The translations under genes and the position numbers were made by a program. The notes below the pieces were generated by a model that had not been told where the DNA came from, searched no databases, and saw nothing but the letters and a program-made list of their open reading frames with translations. From the NCBI GenBank assembly GCA_902464595.1, contig CABQJX010000002.1, forward strand, positions 4,430-68,429: a stretch of DNA of 64,000 nucleotides, in the 5' to 3' direction. This DNA is from an uncultured Lachnoclostridium sp. Its GTDB lineage: Bacteria; Bacillota; Clostridia; Lachnospirales; Lachnospiraceae. Shown one piece after another: positions 47,333-56,918 of the stretch. The stretch's first letter is position 1, and the number at the start of each line of letters is the position of its first letter.

Positions 47333-48229
47333 CTACCACCGCATACGGCAGACCTGGGTCAAAAACCGTACCTCTGCCAGGACGAAAGCCAGCCAGGCCC
47401 TGGCGGCGGCCAGCTTCACCGGGCCTGCCCCCAGATATGTTTTATAATAATAAAGCTTGCTCTCATGGAGCAGCTGCTGTTTATCCCCGATCCTTCGGAT
47501 GCTCTTGTCCACGCTGACCGAGTGGGCATGGATATAGGACTGATCCGTGACCAATACGGTTTTCAACCCCTTTTTGGCCAGCTTCTGCCCCAGCACCTTT
47601 TCTTCATAATACAAAAAGATGTCTTTGTCAAATAATTCCTTTTGCTCCGGCTCTGAAAACATAGAAAGCTTCACCATAAAAAAGGATCCCGGCACAGCCC
47701 CTACCAGACGGCAGTCTCTGTCTCCTCCCTGTGCCAGCCCGTAAGGAGGCACGTTCAGGATGGAGCGGAAAAGCCTTCTCGTCACAAGGCCGGTGTCCAG
47801 AAGATCCTTCCACAGGGGAAGAAGGGTCCAGTAGGAGAACAGCTCTCCCCCCTCCGGCGATCTCACCCTGGCTGAAGCCACAGCTGCCCGGTGTGTATGA
47901 TCCAGGGCAGACCTCACCCGCAAGATACATTCCTCCGTCACATGAATATCCGGATTGGCCACCAGTACATAATCCGCTCCCAAATGGGAAAGGGCATAAT
48001 CGATGCCCGCCTGATTTCCGGAACCGTATCCCCCATTTTCGGGACAGCGCAGAAGATGGAATTTTTCATTTTCCTCCAACGGCTTCAAATGCTCCCAGGA
48101 ATCATCGGTGGAATGGTTATCTACCACCACAATACTGTCAAGACAGCCAAATCCCTTTACCTCATCTGCCAACGACAGAGCGGTGGGCCAGTCATTGTAG
48201 TTGAGAATGATCATACACAGTTTACTCAT
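47333..48229 (-). CDS. GT2 glycosyltransferase
   Basis: IILNYN, VDNHSTD, NGGYGSGN, ANPD and FLYYEE. Confidence 0.88.
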   Translation of the reverse strand: MSKLCMIILNYNDWPTALSLADEVKGFGCLDSIVVVDNHSTDDSWEHLKPLEENEKFHLLRCPENGGYGSGNQAGIDYALSHLGADYVLVANPDIHVTEECILRVRSALDHTHRAAVASARVRSPEGGELFSYWTLLPLWKDLLDTGLVTRRLFRSILNVPPYGLAQGGDRDCRLVGAVPGSFFMVKLSMFSEPEQKELFDKDIFLYYEEKVLGQKLAKKGLKTVLVTDQSYIHAHSVSVDKSIRRIGDKQQLLHESKLYYYKTYLGAGPVKLAAARAWLAFVLAEVRFLTQVCRMRW

Positions 48230-49340
48230 GTTGATCCGCGCCTCCCACAGTCTTTTTACAGCCCTCTGCCCTTCTGCCTCCTGCGCCGCCCTGCCCGCAG
48301 GTTTTCCTGTGGCCTTTCCGGCTGTCCTTCCTGTTTCCTTTCCCCCGATCCTTCCTGCTGTCTATGACCTTCATCCCCAGGCGTCGGCTGACCCAGAGCC
48401 GGATAGGAGGGCAGAGAAAGCTTACATGGTTAAACACCCACCAAAGCTGCATATAACCCTCTTTTCCCCTCTGCTTCTCCATTCCCTTCCAGGGCGTCCG
48501 GCCCAGGTAATATTCATAAAGCCGCCGGAAATGGTTGTGATTTCCAGCGATCCACGGCCGCTCGTCCCCAAGATAATGGATCACCACAGGTGCGCGGCCA
48601 GCCAGCCTGTATGCCTCCCTCCCGATCCTTCCATAAGCCGGGCACAGAGACACCAGGGTATCATAGTGGAAATACCGGTAATTGGTAAAATAATTGTACC
48701 GGGGAGGCAGGGGAAAGATCCTGCCCTGTAAAGCCCCGTTGATGGTATCCTGGTCACATGCAAACAATCGCCCCTCATGTTTTCCATAAAATTCCAAAAG
48801 CTGTTCCAAAACATGTTCCCGGCGCCAGCCCTCCAGATCCATTAAAAGGACGCCGGAATTATAGTAGGGATCCTCTTTTCCCAGCCCAATGGATTCCTTC
48901 ATCTCCCGATACACGGTAGGCTCCATCACCATCCCCACCAGGCAGCTTCCCATATCGGTTCCATACACCGGAAGGATGCTTCCATTAATGATGGTGTCAC
49001 AGTCCAGATACAGCGCCCGTTTTACATACTCCGGCAGAACTTTGGGGGCAAACAGCCGTCCCATGGCGCTTATATCAAATCCACGGGTATCGATGTCGTA
49101 ATCGAACCGCTGGCGCAGATCCCCTAACTCTACCGCAAACAGACGGCGGCCAAAGGAGGAGGCCATCTCTTTCAGCCGCTCCTTAAATTCCCGGCACATT
49201 CCCACTGACAGGACGTAAATATCCAGGGACGGGATCCCCTTGCTGTGATCTAAAAGGGAGGCCAGAGAGGCCGCCAGATGGCAGGCGTAGCCGTCATTGG
49301 AAGCATAAATGATATTGACAGTTTCTGTATTTCCATCCAT
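48222..49340 (-). CDS. GT8 glycosyltransferase
   Basis: ALYLDCD, YNSGVLL, DQDTIN, IHY and RPW. Confidence 0.9.
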   Translation of the reverse strand: MDGNTETVNIIYASNDGYACHLAASLASLLDHSKGIPSLDIYVLSVGMCREFKERLKEMASSFGRRLFAVELGDLRQRFDYDIDTRGFDISAMGRLFAPKVLPEYVKRALYLDCDTIINGSILPVYGTDMGSCLVGMVMEPTVYREMKESIGLGKEDPYYNSGVLLMDLEGWRREHVLEQLLEFYGKHEGRLFACDQDTINGALQGRIFPLPPRYNYFTNYRYFHYDTLVSLCPAYGRIGREAYRLAGRAPVVIHYLGDERPWIAGNHNHFRRLYEYYLGRTPWKGMEKQRGKEGYMQLWWVFNHVSFLCPPIRLWVSRRLGMKVIDSRKDRGKGNRKDSRKGHRKTCGQGGAGGRRAEGCKKTVGGADQHE

Positions 49341-49515
49341 ATTATGACACCTATTTCTTACATTATTTGTTCTTTCCAGCATCTTTTTGCTTACAATTTT
49401 ACCCTATCCCATGTAAAAAGTAAATCGCATCTGGCATTTTCATTTCAAATATGGTAGATTAAGGATTGTATGGCAATCTATATTATCTATATTAAATTTC
49501 AGGAGGACGTTACCA

Positions 49516-51093
49516 ATGAATCAATTATCCAGACGTGCGGCGGCAGCGCTTCTGACCGGGCTTTTGATCTTCGGCCAGGCTGTTCCCGCGTTTGCCTCTC
49601 AGGACGATTCCAATTACGGGCCGGCCTTTGCCACTCCTAAGGTTGAGCAGGCTGCCCCCGGAGCTTCTGAGAGCCAGTCTACCGGCGATGGATCCGCTGC
49701 CCCCCAGTCATTAGGGCCAGCTTCCGAGACCCAGGAATCAAACGGTTCCGGGGATCATGCGGCGCAGACGGATGCAAACGCCCCACAGTCAAACGATACA
49801 GCAGCCCAGGAAACGGACAGCTCTGCCCAGGAAAGCACAGCAGAAGGGGCAGCCCAGACCAATACATCTGAGGATTCCGCCCAGGCAGACGCTGAGGCGG
49901 AGGCAGCCCAAAAGTTTGCTGAGGAGGAAGCAGCCCGCCAGGCCGCTGCCAATACCCCTTACCTTCAGATCCAGGTTCTGCGCCCAAATACGACATGGAC
50001 CGATCCTGTGGTAGGCGATACGCCTGTAGTGGCAGAGGAGGGCTTCCGCTCCCTTTGTATTTACCTAAACAACATCATAGGAGACGTGCTTTACCGCACC
50101 TACACCGGAGCCCACGGATGGAGCGATTGGGCTATAAACGGCGGACACACCAAGATATGGGAGGACGGCGCTCTTGTTGAGGCGATCCAGATCCGCTTTA
50201 ACGGCTTCGCCGGAAATATGTTCGACGTCTACTACTGCACCACCTTAAATGACGGGACGGAGCTTGACTGGGCTAAAAACGGCGCTACTGCCGGAACCAT
50301 GGGTACAGGAAAGGCATTAAAGAGCTTCCGCACCTCCTTATGGGGCAAAACAGTAGAAGGCGCTTCCTACAAGATGGACAAGCCTCTGGATGCAGCATTC
50401 CCTGACGGCATACAGGTGATCGACGGCGCAGTGGCATACTCAAGCGGAACCGGCGTTCCCTTTACCGGATGGGCCTGGAATGACAGAGACCGCTATTACT
50501 TTGTAAACAATGCCCCTGTCACCGGATGGCAGTACATTGACGGCTTCAAATACTTTTTTGACGGGACAGGAAAGCTTGTGACGGATCTGGAGCCGGTTAT
50601 GGGAAACAACGGCCCCTTCCTCATCAGCATCAATAAGCAGATGAACTGCATGACCATCTTTGCCCAGGACGGAGCCAACGGCTTCATCATCCCGGTAAAG
50701 ACATTCCTTACCTCCACAGGGCCGGATACCCCTCTGGGAACCTTCCAGACTCCTGCCAAATACCGGTGGCGTGACATGAACCATGGAATCTATACACAGT
50801 ATGCAACCCGTGTCTATAAAGGATTCCTCATCCACTCCATCTTATACAGCAGTCCTGACCCCATGACCTTAGATCCGCTGACCTACAACTATCTGGGCAT
50901 CGCTCAGTCTGCAGGCTGTATCCGCCTCCTTTCCGGAGATGCAAAATGGGTATACGACCACTGTCCTCTGGGAACCACAGTGACGATCTACAACTCAGAA
51001 AAGCCCGGCCCTTATGACCGCCCGGCTATTGAATGGCCTATCCCTGCCGACCAGCATTGGGATCCTACGGATCCGCTGTTCGCCCAGCAGTAG
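49516..51093 (+). CDS. Secreted L,D-transpeptidase (YkuD) with ChW-like and cell-wall-binding repeats
   Basis: Signal peptide; acidic linker; HGWSDW and DWAKNGATAGT ChW-like repeats; TGWQYIDGFKYFF; TPLGTF, HS...SAGCIRL and GTTVTIY. Confidence 0.88.
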   Translation: MNQLSRRAAAALLTGLLIFGQAVPAFASQDDSNYGPAFATPKVEQAAPGASESQSTGDGSAAPQSLGPASETQESNGSGDHAAQTDANAPQSNDTAAQETDSSAQESTAEGAAQTNTSEDSAQADAEAEAAQKFAEEEAARQAAANTPYLQIQVLRPNTTWTDPVVGDTPVVAEEGFRSLCIYLNNIIGDVLYRTYTGAHGWSDWAINGGHTKIWEDGALVEAIQIRFNGFAGNMFDVYYCTTLNDGTELDWAKNGATAGTMGTGKALKSFRTSLWGKTVEGASYKMDKPLDAAFPDGIQVIDGAVAYSSGTGVPFTGWAWNDRDRYYFVNNAPVTGWQYIDGFKYFFDGTGKLVTDLEPVMGNNGPFLISINKQMNCMTIFAQDGANGFIIPVKTFLTSTGPDTPLGTFQTPAKYRWRDMNHGIYTQYATRVYKGFLIHSILYSSPDPMTLDPLTYNYLGIAQSAGCIRLLSGDAKWVYDHCPLGTTVTIYNSEKPGPYDRPAIEWPIPADQHWDPTDPLFAQQ

Positions 51094-51169
51094 GACAGGG
51101 CTGTCAGACCAAAAGCGAAAGAAGAATATTCCAATTTTTAAACGAAAGCAAGGAGGCTGTTCACCGGGA

Positions 51170-52144
51170 TCATCTCCCAGTGAACAGCCTCCTTGCCCTT
51201 TCATATGCCCAGGGAAATGTCCGCTCAAACCGCAGGAAAAAACGCAGACGCTCAGGCAGCTCCCTGTAATATTTCCGATTTTCCGGTGCAAAAATATAGG
51301 AAAACTCTTTCAGATTCACCCGGGTCTGATAGTAGGTCCTGGCCGCTGCGCTGGCAGCCGCTTCCTTAAACCGGCCCCCGGTAGCCTTATCGTATTGGGC
51401 GTATGTCTTTTTCATCCGTTCCCAGTACGCCTGCTGCTTGGCCCGGTAGTCCCCCTCCTTTCCCTGAACGGTCCAGGAACCAGCTACCCCTACCCGGTAA
51501 GCGCTCATGGGCTCGTCAAAATAATATCCTCCCCCCCTGGCAGCAGCCATCAGCTGGATCGGCGTATCTCCCACCGGGCAATCCACATAATAATCCGGCA
51601 ATTGTTTCACCAGATCCGCAGGAAACGCCATAGAGGACATGGCATAGCCCGACGGCTTGTCAATTATATCCTCCGCTGTAAGGATGCGGTCTCCCTTATA
51701 GGGACGCATCTGCCCCTCTGTCACCGCCTTTCCCACCAGGTCAATGGATGCGCTGTGGATACAGAGCATACAGTCCGGGTGGGATTCCATGTAATCCACC
51801 TGCTTTTGAAGCTTGTGGGGAGATACAAAGTAATCGTCCCCATCACACATAAAAATATATTTCCCCCTTGCCCTGGGGAAATTGAAGGCTCCGCTGATAT
51901 TGTCAATTCCCTGGGAATACTGGTTTTCCTTCTGGATCAGCGGACGGATCTGGGGATATTTTGCAGCATACTCCCGTATAATATCGCTGGTTCCGTCTGT
52001 GGAAGCGTCATCGTGAACCAGTATCTCAAATTCAAAATCTGTTTCCTGGCTTAAAAAGCTGTCCAGCGCCTGCCTGATATAGGAGGCATGGTTAAATGTA
52101 ACGCAGTTGATGCTGGCCATGATCTGTCCGCTTTTGTCCGCCAT
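51170..52144 (-). CDS. GT2 glycosyltransferase
   Basis: TFNHASYI, HDDASTD, CDGDDY and KLQKQV. Confidence 0.9.
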   Translation of the reverse strand: MADKSGQIMASINCVTFNHASYIRQALDSFLSQETDFEFEILVHDDASTDGTSDIIREYAAKYPQIRPLIQKENQYSQGIDNISGAFNFPRARGKYIFMCDGDDYFVSPHKLQKQVDYMESHPDCMLCIHSASIDLVGKAVTEGQMRPYKGDRILTAEDIIDKPSGYAMSSMAFPADLVKQLPDYYVDCPVGDTPIQLMAAARGGGYYFDEPMSAYRVGVAGSWTVQGKEGDYRAKQQAYWERMKKTYAQYDKATGGRFKEAAASAAARTYYQTRVNLKEFSYIFAPENRKYYRELPERLRFFLRFERTFPWAYERARRLFTGR

Positions 52145-52164
52145 GTTCTTTTCCTCCTGCATAT

Positions 52165-53133
52165 CTATCCCCTTTTTGTAATGTATTCCTCATATTTTCT
52201 TGCAATAAACATGGGCTCTATGTTTTTCGGCATTTGATCCAACCCCTGTCCCATAAAGATGCGCAGATGGCCTTCCACACAGCCGCAGCCAGCCAGGCAG
52301 GAAAATTCCACTCCGCCGGAAAATCTCGGATTGCACTCTAAGATCCGGCAGCTTCCCTCCCCTTCCTCTAAAAATTCCATATTCACGCATCCCTTAACGC
52401 CCAAACGCTTTGCAGCCTCCTTACAGGTCTCCTCCAGCTTTGGATCCCGGAATACCTGAACCGAGGTTCCCGCTCCGTTAAGGGTGCGAAGAAGCTCCCG
52501 GCGGCACACTGCAGCGCTCTCCCCGCTCTCCGGATCACGCACCACATCTACAGTCACCACCCGGCCCTCTATCTTTGGCTGGACAATGTACCTCTCAGCC
52601 CCTTCCAGCCGTTTCAGGTTCTCCAGCTCCTGTGGGCTTCCTACAAACCGCAGTCCCTGACTGCTCCGCCCGTCCCTGGGTTTGCACACCAGAGGATATT
52701 TTATCCCATCCGGCTCCGCCTCCAGGAGATTCTTTGTTAAAATAGGATTCCCCAGATTGTTTTTTTTCATAAACTGGTAGAATTTCATCTTATCCCGGCA
52801 AAGGAAAATGCACTCCTCACCCGATATGCACAGTGTGATCCCTTCCCTACAAAATTCCTCCCGGAATCCAGTGAGAACGTCAATCTCCACATCCGTAAGG
52901 GGAAGGAGCCCCCACGCCTTCTCTCTCCGGCAAATTTCTATCAAAGCCTTCCGGTACGCCTCTTGATCCACAGCCAAAGGAACCTGATAAAAGTTATCCA
53001 CATTTTGACTGTCTGCGATCCACTCTTTTGGGTAAATATCACAGCCCACCACTCTGATTCCCATTTTCTTACATGTCTTGATGACAATGTCAGCGGAAAA
53101 AGAACCGATGGCTGTCACAACCACTGTCCTCAT
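52165..53133 (-). CDS. ATP-grasp domain protein
   Basis: CRDK, CKPRDGRSSQG, VQPKIEG and ECNPRFSGG. Confidence 0.85.
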   Translation of the reverse strand: MRTVVVTAIGSFSADIVIKTCKKMGIRVVGCDIYPKEWIADSQNVDNFYQVPLAVDQEAYRKALIEICRREKAWGLLPLTDVEIDVLTGFREEFCREGITLCISGEECIFLCRDKMKFYQFMKKNNLGNPILTKNLLEAEPDGIKYPLVCKPRDGRSSQGLRFVGSPQELENLKRLEGAERYIVQPKIEGRVVTVDVVRDPESGESAAVCRRELLRTLNGAGTSVQVFRDPKLEETCKEAAKRLGVKGCVNMEFLEEGEGSCRILECNPRFSGGVEFSCLAGCGCVEGHLRIFMGQGLDQMPKNIEPMFIARKYEEYITKRG

Positions 53134-53204
53134 CTATTCTCACACTCCTATTTTCATTTTTATCAGGATGCTTCTTTCTGATGTTTTTTAATATAACCCG
53201 GCTC

Positions 53205-54650
53205 CTACTTTCTCAGCCTCTCCCCTGCAAGCCCTGCCAGATACCGGAACACAGCCAGCTGAAATCCCCAGGATACGATCACATATACGGCTGCCCCCAA
53301 AAGGATCTGAAGGATCAGGCCAAGCCAGCCTCCAGGCAAAAAATACTGGGAAGCCAGCACCGACACGGCCATCAGGACAGACACGGCCACGGAGGGGATA
53401 ATATCCCTCCACTGATCAAAAATACTGTAATCCAACAGCTTCTTATTGGGCCATGCATTGATGAAAGTGCACAGAAAATCTGCTGCCGCCTTTAACGCCA
53501 CCAGCACCAGAGCATTATAGCGGATCCCAGCCAAAAGCACGGCCAGCCCCACCAGCTTCTTAATAATTTCCAGTTTCAGGAAAATATCGCTGCGGCCCAA
53601 GGCGTTTAATGCCTGAAGGTTAGCAATATGGATTGGCCAAAAGGAATAAGCAATGCACATGATCTGAAGAAAAGGGACACAGGACAGCCATTTTTCTCCC
53701 AGAAGGAGAAGAACCATAGGGCGGGCCACTGCCATCAGCCCTGCCATCATGGGAAGTACCAGATAAGAACTCACCGTGATCGCGCGGCGCATCATGGCCT
53801 TCACCTTTTCTGGTTCGTCCTGGCTGGCAGACAGCAGAGGCAGCATCACAGACTGGATCGCAGCGCCCAGATTGCTGACGATCAGCTTCGGAAACTGTTC
53901 TCCTCTGTTATAATTTCCCAGCATAGCCTTGTTGTAGATCCGTCCGATCACCAGGCCGTAAATATTGTTGTAAACCGTATCAAGAAGGGAAGCGCACAAA
54001 AGCTTCCATCCAAAGGAAAACATTGTACGAAGCCGGGACAGGCTGAACAAAAGCTTCGGCTTCCAGCTCACAGCTGCAAACAGGAGGATCATGTAACAGA
54101 AATAGTAAGCAATCTGCTGCCATACCAGAGCCCAAACGCCCCATCCTCTGCAGGCCAGAAAAACACTGGCCCCGCCTGATAATACAGAAGCGCCGAACGA
54201 GGAGATGCACAGCCCCTTAAATTCCATATTCCGGGAAACATAGGCATTCTGAATGGAGATCACACCGCCCGGAAACAGAACCACTGCCAGCACTCGGATC
54301 AGGGAAACCATCTCCCGGTTGTGATAAAAGGCAGCAATCCCGGGAGCGCACAAAAACAAGATCAAATATATCAATGCAGCCAGAGCCATGTTGAAAAAGA
54401 ATACCGATGAAAAATCCTTCTGATCCACCTTTCTCTTTTGGATCAGGGCAGTTCCAAATCCATTCTGCACCAGCACATTTGCTATGGTGACAAAGATCAG
54501 GATCACTCCTACGACTCCATACTCCTCCGGAGACAGCAACCTGGCCAGTAAAATGGACACCAGAAACTGGACGCCCTGAGCCCCTCCATTTTCCATCAAT
54601 TTCCAAAAAAGGCCATTCAAAACCTTTGTTGTAGTCTTTCCTTCGTTCAA
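53205..54650 (-). CDS. wzx: Wzx (WzxC-like) polysaccharide flippase
   Basis: LARLLSPEEYG, GFGTALIQ, LGNYNRG and LLLGEKW. Confidence 0.9.
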   Translation of the reverse strand: MNEGKTTTKVLNGLFWKLMENGGAQGVQFLVSILLARLLSPEEYGVVGVILIFVTIANVLVQNGFGTALIQKRKVDQKDFSSVFFFNMALAALIYLILFLCAPGIAAFYHNREMVSLIRVLAVVLFPGGVISIQNAYVSRNMEFKGLCISSFGASVLSGGASVFLACRGWGVWALVWQQIAYYFCYMILLFAAVSWKPKLLFSLSRLRTMFSFGWKLLCASLLDTVYNNIYGLVIGRIYNKAMLGNYNRGEQFPKLIVSNLGAAIQSVMLPLLSASQDEPEKVKAMMRRAITVSSYLVLPMMAGLMAVARPMVLLLLGEKWLSCVPFLQIMCIAYSFWPIHIANLQALNALGRSDIFLKLEIIKKLVGLAVLLAGIRYNALVLVALKAAADFLCTFINAWPNKKLLDYSIFDQWRDIIPSVAVSVLMAVSVLASQYFLPGGWLGLILQILLGAAVYVIVSWGFQLAVFRYLAGLAGERLRK

Positions 54651-54654
54651 CCTA

Positions 54655-55764
54655 TTAATCTCCTATAAACATCATCTGTCCCAGAGTCCGGGCCAGTGTA
54701 TTTTTCGTAAAACCGTAACGCAGGATCAGGGCGATTTTTCCAATCCGGCTGCACCTGGGCAGACGGACAAAGGCTTCCAAAACCTGCCTCTGCTCCTCAT
54801 CCAGCTGATCTTTAAAAATCTCCAAAAAGCAGCGGGCCTGTCCGAACATCTTCCTGTAATTTTCCCTGGCCCTGCTTCCGTCCTTCAGCCGCTGCCTGGC
54901 AGAATCCAATTCATCTGCCTGGCCTGCCCCCAAAGCATTTTCCCCATGCTGCCGGTAATAATACAGGGACGAATCCACCCATCCGATCCGGCCAAAGCAG
55001 GAGGCAATGAGGGCAAGCCATGCGTCGTGCATGAGGCATATATCAGGTATTGTTTTTAAAAAGGGAAGCATTCCCCTGTGAAACATCACCGCTCCTCCTG
55101 TGACATTATTCTGCACCAACAGCTGAGAAAGACGGCAGCGCTCCGGGGAAAGGTTCTGATACTGGAAAAAGCTGCCAGCAATGGGATTCAGCTCCTGATC
55201 CGTCACCGTCAGATCCGAGTGGACCAGAAGGGCCAGTCCGCCTTCCTCCGCTTTCCTCTCCTTCCCTTTTCTCTCACCCTCCATCTCATGAAGCTTTTTC
55301 AAGAGCATGGACGCCTTCTGGGGCTTCCACACATCGTCCTGATCACTGAGCATAAAGTAAGAGGCATGGGCCATATCCTCCAAAAGGAAGCGTTCCTCCC
55401 GGCTGAGAGGGGCATATTCCCCACCCCTTTCCCATGGGCCGCCCTTTCCCTTTTCTTCCTTTCCGCCCCATGAATCCCCTTCGTTTTCTTCCAAGACTCC
55501 ATATCGTCCCCCGTCCGCCATCAGCTTCATCAGCTTCAGGAAATGGGCCCCGGCCCCTCCAGATGGCTCCCTGCGAAAAAGAGCCAGAATACGGTCCGGC
55601 CATTGTTTTCGATACCGTTCCAAAATTTCCCTGGTATGGTCGGAGGAGCAGTCATCGGACACCAGGATCCGTATATCCTCCTTCTGAGCTAAAATAGAAT
55701 CCAGCTGCTGGCTGATGTATGTCTCCCCATTGCGGGCAGCCAGCAAAACCGTTATCAAAGACAT
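54655..55764 (-). CDS. GT2 glycosyltransferase, RgpB-like rhamnosyltransferase with loop insertions
   Basis: LAARNGE, SDDCSSD, SDQDDVW, NNVTG, MHDAW and YRQH. Confidence 0.85.
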   Translation of the reverse strand: MSLITVLLAARNGETYISQQLDSILAQKEDIRILVSDDCSSDHTREILERYRKQWPDRILALFRREPSGGAGAHFLKLMKLMADGGRYGVLEENEGDSWGGKEEKGKGGPWERGGEYAPLSREERFLLEDMAHASYFMLSDQDDVWKPQKASMLLKKLHEMEGERKGKERKAEEGGLALLVHSDLTVTDQELNPIAGSFFQYQNLSPERCRLSQLLVQNNVTGGAVMFHRGMLPFLKTIPDICLMHDAWLALIASCFGRIGWVDSSLYYYRQHGENALGAGQADELDSARQRLKDGSRARENYRKMFGQARCFLEIFKDQLDEEQRQVLEAFVRLPRCSRIGKIALILRYGFTKNTLARTLGQMMFIGD

Positions 55765-56918
55765 TTTTTTCCCTTTCCTTCCAGCCATGGAAAACTGCGT
55801 TCCACCGCTTTCACCACAAATGGTTCCCCCACAAGCACCACCCCAAGAAGTATAAGATCCCAGGGCCTCTGATCCAAGATCCCCGGAACGGTCAGCTTTC
55901 CGGCAATCACCCGAAAGGCGGCGACCACCGGAACCAGATGGGTACACATAACAGTGAGGGAATGGCGGCCATACCACACAAAGACTGGCACGATCCCCTT
56001 TTTTATGATCCCCAGCTGCTTCCAAGCTCCCGCCGAATGTTCCAGCCGCTCCCCTGCCATCAGGATCGCCCCGGAGGCAAACAGCGTTGTTCCGATCCAG
56101 GACAGGGGATCCTGCATGGTAAGATAATTAAAATCGCATCTTGGAACCAGAGAGGTGAGGCAGAAAGAGATACCCAAAAGGCAAAAAGAAAGGACAGCCG
56201 ACATCCGATCCCCCAAATGTCTGCACACCCATTTCCATATAAAATATCCGCCTGCCCCTCCCGAAGCCAACAAAAATCCAACAAGTCCCTTAATGTAAAC
56301 CATCAGAGGAAGATGAGTGATCCTCCACAGAGTGGTATCCTGTCTTCCTCCATTGATCCACAGGATCAAACATACGCTGGCAGCTGTACCCAGGGCAGCT
56401 GCTAATCCCATTTTCTTCCATTTTCCATAAAAACTGTTAAGCAGCAGCTCCGCCAGGAACATGCTGGGAAGAAACCACAGCGTTTCCAGTCCTACCAGCG
56501 TAACCGTATAATAAATATCAGACAAAAACACCATAGGCGTATAAGAAGCCGGCCACACTAAAAATACGCGAAAAGCCATAAACAGCAGGCTGTAACACAC
56601 ATAGGGAATCCCAAGGGAGCGAAGCCTTCGGCCTGCAAGCCTGCGAAAACAGATTCCAGTGGGATCTGTGCCGTAACGCAGGGCATAGCGCCAGCCTGTG
56701 TAAACATAGAAAATGGCCAGCATAAAAAAATCATACCAGAGGGAAACTGCTCCCAGGCTGGTCTGAACCAGGCAATGGCTGGCCACAACTCCCAGGATCC
56801 CCATTCCCTTAGCTGCATCCAGGTAAACCAGCCGCCTGCTGTCTTTCCTGCTGTCTTTCCTGATCTCTTTTCCGTTCTCTTTTTCCCGGCCCGGCTCCTT
56901 TGCCTGTCCCCTATCCAA
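55755..56918 (-). CDS. Acyltransferase-3 family membrane O-acyltransferase
   Basis: YLDAAKGMGILGVVASH, RSLGIPY, LWFLPSMF and YGRHSLTVMCTH; TTG start with GGAGG. Confidence 0.88.
   Translation of the reverse strand: MDRGQAKEPGREKENGKEIRKDSRKDSRRLVYLDAAKGMGILGVVASHCLVQTSLGAVSLWYDFFMLAIFYVYTGWRYALRYGTDPTGICFRRLAGRRLRSLGIPYVCYSLLFMAFRVFLVWPASYTPMVFLSDIYYTVTLVGLETLWFLPSMFLAELLLNSFYGKWKKMGLAAALGTAASVCLILWINGGRQDTTLWRITHLPLMVYIKGLVGFLLASGGAGGYFIWKWVCRHLGDRMSAVLSFCLLGISFCLTSLVPRCDFNYLTMQDPLSWIGTTLFASGAILMAGERLEHSAGAWKQLGIIKKGIVPVFVWYGRHSLTVMCTHLVPVVAAFRVIAGKLTVPGILDQRPWDLILLGVVLVGEPFVVKAVERSFPWLEGKGKKCL

Noticed and set aside
51014..52054. 346-aa plus-strand ORF
   Set aside because: Antisense shadow of the GT2 gene.
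55765..56025. N-terminal extension of the GT2 ORF 54655..56025
   Set aside because: It overlaps the acyltransferase in another frame; the GT2 fold begins at MSLITV (55764).
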